Shown one piece after another: positions 39,879 to 48,678 of a stretch of DNA of 64,000 bases. The number at the start of each line of letters is the position of its first letter. The stretch's first letter is position 1. Source of the stretch: Candidatus Thermosaccharophagus tengchongensis (GTDB taxonomy: Bacteria > Armatimonadota > Fervidibacteria > Fervidibacterales > Thermosaccharophagaceae); assembly GCA_032161105.1 (NCBI GenBank), contig JAVHTD010000005.1. One strand, 5' to 3'. Both the position numbers and the translations under genes were made by a program. Under the pieces are notes generated by a model that did not search any database, was not told the origin of the DNA, and saw only the letters and a program-made list of their open reading frames with translations.

Positions 39879-41654
39879 TCATTTTACCAACTGGCGCGCG
39901 TAGCGCTTCAAGTCGTCAAGGATGTAATCTGACTTCAAATAAACGCCGTCAACTTGCGATGACTTGAGATACACATTGCTCTTCGTCTCATCATGAGCGC
40001 CGATTGTGAGCTTGATCTCTTTCCCCCTCTTAAGCCATGCTGTTGCCACAAGCTGCGGCTTATCAAAGCCATACTTTTCGACCTCACCGGTTGTGCCGAC
40101 ATACTTATCGGCGCGCACTTGCTCAATCGTCCACAATATGTTACTCATGGCAGTGCTATCGGCGTTGGCGCGCTTAGGCTTGGTAACTTCCCAGCTATTA
40201 CCGCGCCGTTCAACGAACACTTGCTTTCGTTTTCCGTCCTCAAGCCATTCAATTGCCAATCGCTCAACATCATCGCGCTCAAGGCGCACAATTTCAAGGT
40301 TGCGCAACTCATCCACATCCTTGCACACCTTCTCAAGTATGTCCGATGGGACTTCGCATACAGTTTCTTGGTCAGCAGCCTTCGCAAACACTTTCCCGCC
40401 ATCTGCCTTCCCAATTAGCAGTCTCATTGTCCTTTTTTGCTTTCGGTCATGCAGCTCAATTACGGCATGTGGCTTGTCCAAGCCATATTCACTGAGCTCC
40501 TTTGGTTGGTTTACGAAGCTTTTAGCCTCAAGGTCATGCACATCCCAGAGCAGGTTTGTCACGGTCGTATTATCGGCGCGCATTTTCACCGGCTTGATCA
40601 TTTCCCAATCTTCACGGTCACCGCTTTTTCTTCGCTCAAGCTCAATCTCCTTGCCACTGTGGACGAGCTTCAACCTGTCAATTTCGCTTGTGTCAAAGGC
40701 GAGCAGTCTTTTTGAGCGCAAGTCATTGAAGCGCTTTCTGACATCGTTTAGGCTTGACTCGTCTACCAGGAAGACGGAACGCCCAGAGGATGAACGAGCA
40801 TACACCTTCGTGGAATCTTCAGCTGACTTGCCTCCGACATGCAGCTTAAGCGGCTGTTTTCGTCCCTTCAACCACACCTCGGCAATAAATGATGGTTTCT
40901 CCAGCCCATACTTCTTCAGGGTCTCCTTAGTTGGCTTGTCATCCACGAACTTGGAAGCTTCAATCGTTGAAAGCTTATCAAGAGCAGTGTTGATTGAGCT
41001 TGAGTCAGCGTTTGTGCGCAATGGTTTTACTATCTGCCACTCATCACCCGACCGTTCGCACACTATAGTCTCGTCAGGATGCCTGAGCACCAACCTTTCA
41101 ACTTTTTCCCTGTCAAACTTCATCACCCGTTTCTCGCGAATCTCATCAAGCCCTTTGAGGGCATCGTCAAGCAGCATGCTGTCAACTACAACTGGCTTGC
41201 GCTTATCCTCACGGTAGGCATATGCGTAAAGTGCATCGGGTGTCTTTTTTGCGAGCACAAGCTTATACTTTTTCCCACCACGCAACTGGATTTCAACCGC
41301 TCCCTGTGGCTCTCGGAAGCCAAACTCCTTTCTCTTCAATGCGTCTTCCTTCAGCGTTAGCTCTACTTTCACCCGCTTAAGCCTGTCAAGCATGAACTTA
41401 ACTGTATCGTTATTTGCCGGGGCATTTACTGGCGAGACGATGCGCCACGAATCCTTACCGACACGCTGCAGCGTGATCCTCTTTCGCTCCTTCAAATTGT
41501 GAAGTTCAATCCTCTCAATCTTGTTCGGGTCAACCGACCAAAGCGCTTTTCCTTCGGGAGCCGGTCCGCGCTCAAATAGCAAAATCCAAACACCAAGAGC
41601 TATCGCTAAGGCAAGCAGCAGTAGCGTCCCTTTCATGCCGCGCATGGGAAACAA
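39879..41654 (-). CDS. DUF4340 domain protein (repeated domains), membrane-anchored
   Basis: N-terminal TM; repeated W.I.KP....AD / YGL.KP units; last gene of the Gld-like ABC cluster. Confidence 0.82.
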   Translation of the reverse strand: MFPMRGMKGTLLLLALAIALGVWILLFERGPAPEGKALWSVDPNKIERIELHNLKERKRITLQRVGKDSWRIVSPVNAPANNDTVKFMLDRLKRVKVELTLKEDALKRKEFGFREPQGAVEIQLRGGKKYKLVLAKKTPDALYAYAYREDKRKPVVVDSMLLDDALKGLDEIREKRVMKFDREKVERLVLRHPDETIVCERSGDEWQIVKPLRTNADSSSINTALDKLSTIEASKFVDDKPTKETLKKYGLEKPSFIAEVWLKGRKQPLKLHVGGKSAEDSTKVYARSSSGRSVFLVDESSLNDVRKRFNDLRSKRLLAFDTSEIDRLKLVHSGKEIELERRKSGDREDWEMIKPVKMRADNTTVTNLLWDVHDLEAKSFVNQPKELSEYGLDKPHAVIELHDRKQKRTMRLLIGKADGGKVFAKAADQETVCEVPSDILEKVCKDVDELRNLEIVRLERDDVERLAIEWLEDGKRKQVFVERRGNSWEVTKPKRANADSTAMSNILWTIEQVRADKYVGTTGEVEKYGFDKPQLVATAWLKRGKEIKLTIGAHDETKSNVYLKSSQVDGVYLKSDYILDDLKRYARQLVK

Positions 41655-41657
41655 CTT

Positions 41658-43208
41658 TCACCTCCGAGATAGCCATACAGCTACCCCAGCCATTAACGCA
41701 AGCAAAGGCAGGATGATCACGCTCCACAAAAAGACGAAGAGTTGCTGCCTCGTTGTCGGTATGAAGGTATCCGGTGGCTCTTCCCTTGGCTTTATCTCTA
41801 TGAGCTCTTCCTCTTGGGCGAGCCAGTTGATCGTGTTGAGGAAGAAATCAGCGTTGTAAAACGCGGACACATATTGGTTGCTTGCGAAGTCGGAATCACC
41901 AATTAAGACGAGCCTCGTTTTCTTTTCGCCCTTTGCTGGTGACGATGGCGCTACAGCAAGAGCTATTGTGAACGGTCCACGCTCATCCTCTTTCGTTGGG
42001 GCAATGTTCTCTGTGAGTTCCTTCTTCAGCCATGCCTCGGATGTGGTCTTAAGTAACTCTGTCACTGTAAATCCCGTCGGGGCTTGTTCGCTCTTCTTCA
42101 GCGCGGTGCACTCAGCCAAAAGGAGTGCATTAGCCCTCGCCTTCATGAATGGGCGAGTTATGTCATGAAACTCAAAGTTGGCTATAAGGAGCACCCTCGG
42201 GTCTCTCGCCAGTGTGACTATGTCAAATACATAGCCGCCCCTCACCTCAACCCCATACTCCTCAAGTATCTCGTTCATGTGCTGGCTCTTTGGGTCAACC
42301 ATGATTAGCGCTTTTCCGCCTCCCTTCAAATAGCCCTTGATTGCCTCAACTTCCTCCGGCATGAGCGGCTTTTGTGGTCCGGCAACGATTAGCACATCGC
42401 AATCCTTTGGGACTTGCTGCTTGCGCATCAGCTCAAGCCCTTCAACCCTATACTCAAGCTTCTCAAGGAAATCTTTGAGCCTGCTATAGCCTTCGTCATC
42501 GTAGCTGCTATAGCTGTGCTCACCGTGCCCTTGAAGGAAGTAGACTTTTTTCTTCCTCTCACGCGTGAGCTTGAGTATGGCGCTCGTAAATTCTTGTTCG
42601 CTGCCGAAGGAGACGACTTCCCGTTTGCCCTCGCACTCAAATACGACGGTTGATGTTGATGTCACGCCATACTTCTCGGCGAGCAATGGGTTATCCCTTG
42701 GGTCCACAACAATTGCCCTCACATTTGGGGAGGCATCGTCGTAGCTTTTGAGCAGGTCTCTCATCCGCTCAAACTCAAATGAGTCACGCCTGTAAAAGCC
42801 CACAATCGTCACCTTCTTCTTCAACCCCTTGAGTATCTTGAGTGTCTGTGGCGATAGCGTGTGGCGCTTTGTCCTCGTCCAATCAAACCTTGCATGGTGC
42901 CTATCGCCAATCCAGTTTACCATGACCATGATCGCGGTCATGAGGAGCACACAAACGATGGCGTTTGTCCCCATCCGCCCCCTCCTCGTTACAAGGAACG
43001 AAAGTATCGCCTCGTAATTTGCAGCGATGGCGATGATGAGTGAGCATGCACCAATTACAGCCACAGCTATCCACAACCAGCTTAACTTCGCGTGCTTCCA
43101 CGCCATCTTCATCGTTATCCCGCTTATGAGCAGTGCGAGCCCAAATATGACCAATGTGAATGTCCATTGGCGCAGTTTGAGCCGTAATGACTCCATCATG
43201 AAGGGCAC
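41658..43208 (-). CDS. GldG family ABC-type auxiliary component
   Basis: DWTRTKRHTLS, EQEFTSAI, YFLQGHGE, IVAGP, IGDSDF, NTINWL. Confidence 0.85.
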   Translation of the reverse strand: MPFMMESLRLKLRQWTFTLVIFGLALLISGITMKMAWKHAKLSWLWIAVAVIGACSLIIAIAANYEAILSFLVTRRGRMGTNAIVCVLLMTAIMVMVNWIGDRHHARFDWTRTKRHTLSPQTLKILKGLKKKVTIVGFYRRDSFEFERMRDLLKSYDDASPNVRAIVVDPRDNPLLAEKYGVTSTSTVVFECEGKREVVSFGSEQEFTSAILKLTRERKKKVYFLQGHGEHSYSSYDDEGYSRLKDFLEKLEYRVEGLELMRKQQVPKDCDVLIVAGPQKPLMPEEVEAIKGYLKGGGKALIMVDPKSQHMNEILEEYGVEVRGGYVFDIVTLARDPRVLLIANFEFHDITRPFMKARANALLLAECTALKKSEQAPTGFTVTELLKTTSEAWLKKELTENIAPTKEDERGPFTIALAVAPSSPAKGEKKTRLVLIGDSDFASNQYVSAFYNADFFLNTINWLAQEEELIEIKPREEPPDTFIPTTRQQLFVFLWSVIILPLLALMAGVAVWLSRR

Positions 43209-43288
43209 ACCCGTTCACCCCCGTCATGCGTGCTTGCTTCCGATGCCAATACCCTGTCACAAGCACAGTTTGAGCAATTGCAGCCCGT

Positions 43289-44086
43289 TCATCTCCAGAG
43301 ACGGCTTTCAACCGTCCTCACCGTGAAGTAGAGAGCCAAGAAGGTAAAGGTGATGTAAAAGACGATATGCTTGGTATCAACCAAGCCCTCGGCGAAGTCC
43401 TTGTAACGGTGATATAGGGATATGCGTTGGAAGAATTCGCTCCAACCGCTCAGCCCCTCCGCTGGCCAGCTTATGATGTAGAGCATCAGCAGTGTCCCGA
43501 ATGTGGCAACTGCAGCAATTATCTGGTTGTCAGTTGTTGCTGACCAAAATGTTCCGATGGAGAGCATGACAGCGCCATAAAGTAGCAGCCCAATGTATGC
43601 GCTCCAATATGGACCTAAATCTGGATTGGCAATGCGTTTGACTATGAGTGGCACATACAGGGTCAGCGAGAGCGTAATGCAGAGCACGATGAACGAGCCC
43701 ATGAACTTGCCGAGGACAGCCTGCCAGTCGCTGACTGGTGATGTGAGTAGCAATTCAAGCGTCCCGAGCCTCCTCTCTTCAGCGAATAGCCTCATCGTCA
43801 TCATCGGCACGATGAACATGAGTATGACGGCGACATCCCAGTAGAAGTAGCGCATGTCAGAGGTGCGCCCAACCATGAAGATGGCAAAAAATATGTAGCC
43901 GCATAGAACGAGGAAGAAGATGAGCATCGCATATGCTATCCACGATGTGAAGAATGCTTTAACCTCACGCCACGCTATTAGCCAAACAATGTAGAGCCAT
44001 GAGCAAAAGCAATGAAGCGCAGTTTTCAACCTTTGGCTTACGCCCGTTCTTGTTGCCGTAGCTGACTCTATAGCTGATGCACCCAC
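43289..44086 (-). CDS. ABC transporter permease (GldF-like)
   Basis: TMRLFAEERRLGTLELLLTSP...LGKF, TDNQIIAA. Confidence 0.88.
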   Translation of the reverse strand: MGASAIESATATRTGVSQRLKTALHCFCSWLYIVWLIAWREVKAFFTSWIAYAMLIFFLVLCGYIFFAIFMVGRTSDMRYFYWDVAVILMFIVPMMTMRLFAEERRLGTLELLLTSPVSDWQAVLGKFMGSFIVLCITLSLTLYVPLIVKRIANPDLGPYWSAYIGLLLYGAVMLSIGTFWSATTDNQIIAAVATFGTLLMLYIISWPAEGLSGWSEFFQRISLYHRYKDFAEGLVDTKHIVFYITFTFLALYFTVRTVESRLWR

Positions 44087-44101
44087 ACCAATGCACCTCG
44101 C

Positions 44102-45043
44102 TTACACCTTCACTCCCTCTTCACGAGTGATGATGTTGAGGAAGATCTCCTCAAGCGTCATTTCATCTCGGCGCAGCTCAAGTAATCCCCACCCATGGTT
44201 AACCACATGTTCGGCAATCATCGGTCGTATGTCCGTTCCGGGGCGCGCTTCAACTGCCAACAGGTTGTTTTCGCCATGCACCCTCTCAACCCTCACGACG
44301 CTTGGCAAACGCTCAAGTGAGCTCACCGCATCATCCGGGATGCGCTGCAACCGCACAAGTATGCGTTCGCTCTTCCTCAATCTCCTTTCAAGCCCATCTG
44401 GTGTATCCTCAGCGACAATGCGCCCTCTGTGTATGATTAGAACCGTTTTGCATGTCATGCTCACTTCCGGAAGGATATGGGTTGAGAGGATGACAGTGTG
44501 GTCATTTCCCAGCTCCTTTATGAGTTGGCGCACCTCAATGACCTGTATTGGGTCAAGTCCGATGGTCGGCTCATCAAGTATGAGCACCGGCGGGTCATGC
44601 ACGAGCGCTTGCGCAATGCCGACGCGCTGCCTGTAACCCTTTGAGAGCGTTCCAATGATGTTATCAACGACCTCTTTCAAGCCGCATCTTTCAACGACAT
44701 AGTCAACTCGCTCCTTCCTTTTTCCTTTCGGGACGCGCCTTATCGCAGCCATATAATGGAGGTAGCTTCGGACGGTCATCTCGTTGTATAGTGGGACTGT
44801 CTCAGGCATATAGCCTATGAGCTGGCGCGATTCAATTGGGTTCTCAATGACATCGTATCCGCCCACCTTTACAGTCCCATCAGTTGGGCTCAAATAGCCG
44901 CAAATGATTCGCATTGTCGTTGTCTTGCCAGCACCATTTGGTCCGAGGAAGCCAACCACTTCGCCCCTCTTAACAGTGAATGAGACATCGTCGAGGGCTT
45001 TAAGCGTGCCGTAATACTTTGTCAGGTGGTGCACTTCTATCAC
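44102..45043 (-). CDS. ABC transporter ATP-binding protein (GldA-like)
   Basis: GPNGAGKTT, LSKGYRQRVG, ILDEPT, STH. Confidence 0.93.
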   Translation of the reverse strand: MIEVHHLTKYYGTLKALDDVSFTVKRGEVVGFLGPNGAGKTTTMRIICGYLSPTDGTVKVGGYDVIENPIESRQLIGYMPETVPLYNEMTVRSYLHYMAAIRRVPKGKRKERVDYVVERCGLKEVVDNIIGTLSKGYRQRVGIAQALVHDPPVLILDEPTIGLDPIQVIEVRQLIKELGNDHTVILSTHILPEVSMTCKTVLIIHRGRIVAEDTPDGLERRLRKSERILVRLQRIPDDAVSSLERLPSVVRVERVHGENNLLAVEARPGTDIRPMIAEHVVNHGWGLLELRRDEMTLEEIFLNIITREEGVKV

Positions 45044-45357
45044 TTCTCATCCCCTCGCAGCCATTCATTTATGCCATCCACAGCCTTCCTCATGTCGGTA
45101 TAATGCATCTGTCGGGCAGTGAAGGCATCTCATTAGACTCTTAAGATGCAGCTGGCTGTGTTTCTTGATCCAGCTAAAAATTGGCTGCGTTGCCGTTTTC
45201 ACAGCGCCCAAGCTTAGTAAGATGCGCCTTAATGAGTGAAGCTGACTTGCGATTCGCAAGTTGCAGAGTGAGGTTAAAGCATTGCTGAGCGAGCGCCAAC
45301 AACTTAGTTTAGCACTTGAATTTGCGGATGTAAAACCGAGCATTGGGGTGATTTGCC

Positions 45358-46188
45358 ATGCCATCATGGCAGCCATTCTTGGAAGCCAAGGATGGGCTTG
45401 ATGGCAGAGTTGTCATTGTTGGCATGCCCTGGGATGGCTCATCAAGCTTCCGAAGGGGCATGCGCCACGCCCCGGATGCCATACGGATGGCATCTCACAG
45501 CTTGGAAAGTTACAGCCACATTTTCCGGCTTGACTTGCGCGGTTTTGAGGTGGCAGACTTGGGCAATATGCTATTGCCACAATCCCATGAAGGGGTCATT
45601 GATGCGATCTCGTCGCTCATCTTCAAGCTCCATTCGCAGGGTAAGCGCACAGTCTGCATTGGCGGCGATCATTCAGTCACGGTCGGAATAGTTGACGGCT
45701 TGCTCAAAGCCTATAAGGAGTTGCGTGTCATCGTTTTTGATGCTCACTCCGATTGGCGTGACGAATATGACGGCTCAAGGCTGTCTCACGCATGCACGGT
45801 GCGCAGGTTGACCGAGCTTGTCGGCATTGACAATGTTCTCGTCTTCGGGGCTCGCTCATTCGTCGGTGATGAGCCGATGGGGCTTTATCGCGACATAAGC
45901 GAACTTCCGTGGTTGGTAACTCCCAATGTGCCAACCCATATTAGCATTGACTTAGATGTGCTTGACCCAAGCATCATCTCGGCGGTCAGCAACCCGGAGC
46001 CAAATGGGCTGCACTTTCATGAGCTTGTGGGCGCAATACAAAAGCTGCGCATCAGGGGTTGCTGTATTAACTCAGTTGATGTGGTTGAGCTATGTCCGCA
46101 ACTTGATTTCGGGACAAGCGCAATCGTAGCAGCGAGGCTCATCGTTGAGTGCATACTTGGATTGCTTTTGTCAACCCCGGTTGGTTGA
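45358..46188 (+). CDS. speB: Agmatinase (ureohydrolase family)
   Basis: GGDHS, FDAHSD, SHAC, DLDVLDP, DVVEL. Confidence 0.85.
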   Translation: MPSWQPFLEAKDGLDGRVVIVGMPWDGSSSFRRGMRHAPDAIRMASHSLESYSHIFRLDLRGFEVADLGNMLLPQSHEGVIDAISSLIFKLHSQGKRTVCIGGDHSVTVGIVDGLLKAYKELRVIVFDAHSDWRDEYDGSRLSHACTVRRLTELVGIDNVLVFGARSFVGDEPMGLYRDISELPWLVTPNVPTHISIDLDVLDPSIISAVSNPEPNGLHFHELVGAIQKLRIRGCCINSVDVVELCPQLDFGTSAIVAARLIVECILGLLLSTPVG

Positions 46189-46231
46189 AGGCGGATTCCA
46201 AATTTCAAACGGCGCGGTTGAGGTGAGGCAT

Positions 46232-47638
46232 ATGGAGGTTGGGTTTGCATGCGCTGACATAACTCCGCCGCTCGGCTCAGTTATACCCGGCGGTTTCCAT
46301 CCGAGATTTGCGACAGGCGTTCACGACCCATTGCTTGCCACTGCCGCTGTCTTCAGTGAGGGCGATGTCAAACTCGCCATCGTATCCGTAGATGCGCTCT
46401 CAATCAAGTCGTCAATTGTAGCCATGGCAAGGAGCATAGCCGAAGAGCGCATTGGCATACCAAAGTCGCACATTTTGGTCGCAGCTACGCACACCCACAA
46501 TGGTGGTCCAATTGCCGACGCGTTTTTGTGCGAAGCTGACAAGGACTACTGTGACAGCGTCGCTAAAGCCATTGCGCAAGCCATCATTGAGGCTCATGAA
46601 CATAGGCGTCATGCGCTAATTGCATGCGGCTTTGGATATGAGGATACGGTCGCTTTCAATCGCAGGTGCGTGATGAAGGATGGCACTCAGAGGACTCACC
46701 CGGGCAAGTTAGCAAAGGATGCTGTTGCCATAGCCGGTCCGATAGACCCCCGCCTCGGGGTCATTGCAGCAGTTGCCGATGATGGTGCATTCCTTGGCTG
46801 CATCGTCAATTACGCGTGTCATGCGACGGTGATGTGGGGAAGCGAATTCTCGGCTGACTACATCCACTATGTCCGAGAGACGATAAGGGCAGTCATGGGA
46901 GAGCAAGCGCATGTGGTTTACCTAAACGGCGCATGCGGTGATGTGACGCAGGTCGCTCAGTTGATACCGCGTGAGCCCGAAGTTGGTGAGAAGTGGGCGA
47001 GGAGAGTAGGTGGTAAGATCGGCGCTGAAGCGCTCAAGGTCATCTTCGGGATGGACTTTGATGCTTACTCAACCGAGGTGCTCCCGCTCGCGGCATCGTC
47101 AAAGGTCCTAAGTTTGCCAACACGCAAGGTGCCACTGCAGATGCTTGAACAGGCAAAGCGATTGCTGGAAAGCAGCGACTCTTGGGACACTGAGCGAATT
47201 TATGCCCGTGAGCTTGTCCTGCTTGATGAAGCCAACAAGCGTGAGCCGATGGTTAATGCCGAAATCATGGCAATGCTGATAGCCGATACAGCCATCGTTT
47301 CATTCCCATGCGAATACTTCTGCCAGTTCGGGCTTGATGTGAGGAGGGCTTCACCGTATCCGAGCACTTTTATCGTTTCATGTGCCAATGGCATGGTTGG
47401 TTATGTCCCAACCGAAGAGGCATTTCGGACCGGTGGGTATGAACCGAGGCTGGCAAGGAGCAGCAAACTTATGCCAGACGCAGGCGCGCTAATGCGCGAG
47501 GCTGCAATTGAACTATTGCGGGCTTTGCCCAAGCCGGCATTAAGGAGGGCGACAAAATTGCCAAACACAAGTTATTGGGATGCCGGCAGTTCACCGCCAT
47601 CTTGTAGCGGCTTGGAGGTCAACCACGCTGGTGGTTAA
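46232..47638 (+). CDS. Neutral/alkaline ceramidase-like amidohydrolase
   Basis: ADITP, GVHDPL, ATHTHNGG, NYACHA, NGACGD, GYVPT...GGYE. Confidence 0.78.
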   Translation: MEVGFACADITPPLGSVIPGGFHPRFATGVHDPLLATAAVFSEGDVKLAIVSVDALSIKSSIVAMARSIAEERIGIPKSHILVAATHTHNGGPIADAFLCEADKDYCDSVAKAIAQAIIEAHEHRRHALIACGFGYEDTVAFNRRCVMKDGTQRTHPGKLAKDAVAIAGPIDPRLGVIAAVADDGAFLGCIVNYACHATVMWGSEFSADYIHYVRETIRAVMGEQAHVVYLNGACGDVTQVAQLIPREPEVGEKWARRVGGKIGAEALKVIFGMDFDAYSTEVLPLAASSKVLSLPTRKVPLQMLEQAKRLLESSDSWDTERIYARELVLLDEANKREPMVNAEIMAMLIADTAIVSFPCEYFCQFGLDVRRASPYPSTFIVSCANGMVGYVPTEEAFRTGGYEPRLARSSKLMPDAGALMREAAIELLRALPKPALRRATKLPNTSYWDAGSSPPSCSGLEVNHAGG

Positions 47639-47705
47639 ATGCCACAGCATCAAACTCGGTCGGCAATCCATAATGCCAACCTTCGGCACACCCCTGCGGA
47701 GCTAA

Positions 47706-48530
47706 ATGAGGGGGGATTCTTCAATGCCGCATTTGCTCGCAATTGATGTCGGAAACACGAACATCGTCTTCGGCTTGTTCAATCTGGACGAGCATGATGA
47801 CTCAAGGGAGGGGCTTAAGCGAAGCCTTGTTTGCTCGTGGAGAATACACACCATCACATCAAGGACGCCAGAGGAGCATTTCTCGTTCCTCACAAATATG
47901 CTCAACTGGCAAAGCGTTAGCCCAAACGATGTTATTGCCGTTTGCATCTGCAGTGTAGTTCCACCGCTTACCCCAACCCTTGAGGAAATGAGCAGGCGCT
48001 TCTTCAATGTTGCAGCGCTTGTCGTTGGCGCCGAGATGGACATGGGTGTGCGCATACTCTATGATGACCCGAAGGCTGTTGGCGCAGATAGGCTTGTTAA
48101 CGCTATCGCTGCATATGAGCTTTACGGAGGACCCTGCATCGTCGTTGACTTCGGGACTGCTACGACATTTGACGCGATAACCGCAGATGGCGCATACCTT
48201 GGTGGCGCAATTGCCCCCGGAATTACCATCTCCGCAGAGGCGCTATTTGAGCGCACTGCAAAGCTTCCGAGGATTCAACTTGAAGTCCCAAGCAGAGCTA
48301 TAGGGCGTTCAACTGTGGCAAGCATGCAGTCTGGCATCATATTCGGTTATGTGGGGCTCGTCAAGGAGTTGGTGGCGAGGTTTAAGGAGGAACTCGGCGA
48401 AGCGAAAGTTGTGGCAACCGGTGGTCTGGCAAGGATGATAGCGCCATTGGTTGATGTGATTGACGATGTTGAGGAGGACCTAACCCTCCTCGGATTGCGC
48501 ATAGCGTTTAAGCGCCTGAGAAAAATCTGA
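47706..48530 (+). CDS. coaX: Type III pantothenate kinase
   Basis: IDVGNTN, SVVP, VGADR, VDFGTATT, GGAIAPG, ATGG, LTLLGL. Confidence 0.94.
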   Translation: MRGDSSMPHLLAIDVGNTNIVFGLFNLDEHDDSREGLKRSLVCSWRIHTITSRTPEEHFSFLTNMLNWQSVSPNDVIAVCICSVVPPLTPTLEEMSRRFFNVAALVVGAEMDMGVRILYDDPKAVGADRLVNAIAAYELYGGPCIVVDFGTATTFDAITADGAYLGGAIAPGITISAEALFERTAKLPRIQLEVPSRAIGRSTVASMQSGIIFGYVGLVKELVARFKEELGEAKVVATGGLARMIAPLVDVIDDVEEDLTLLGLRIAFKRLRKI

Positions 48531-48678
48531 CAGGGCTAAATTGAGTCATTGGCTTATTGCAAGCTCTTGGCATCAACCGGGGTTGCGCATTTTGCGTCCT
48601 TTTGTGGGAGTGACCACAGTCCCACCAATGGGCATTCCCGTTCAAAAACGCAACTCCTCGCATGTGCGGCACTATATG

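Noticed and set aside
40006..41217. 403-aa plus-strand ORF
   Set aside because: Ser/Phe-rich antisense shadow of the DUF4340 gene with no motifs. The same applies to most short overlapping ORFs in the track (e.g. 59517-60416, 34563-35246, 32013-32696).
45307..45335. CIRCE element (TTAGCACT half-site)
   Set aside because: The right arm (GATGTAAAA) matches GAGTGCTAA poorly, and the downstream gene is not a chaperone.
48579..48657. c-di-GMP-I riboswitch (GGACGCAAA on the minus strand) or tRNA
   Set aside because: It lacks the GGCAAAC/GNRA P2 arrangement, lies 3' of genes, and has no T-loop or cloverleaf.
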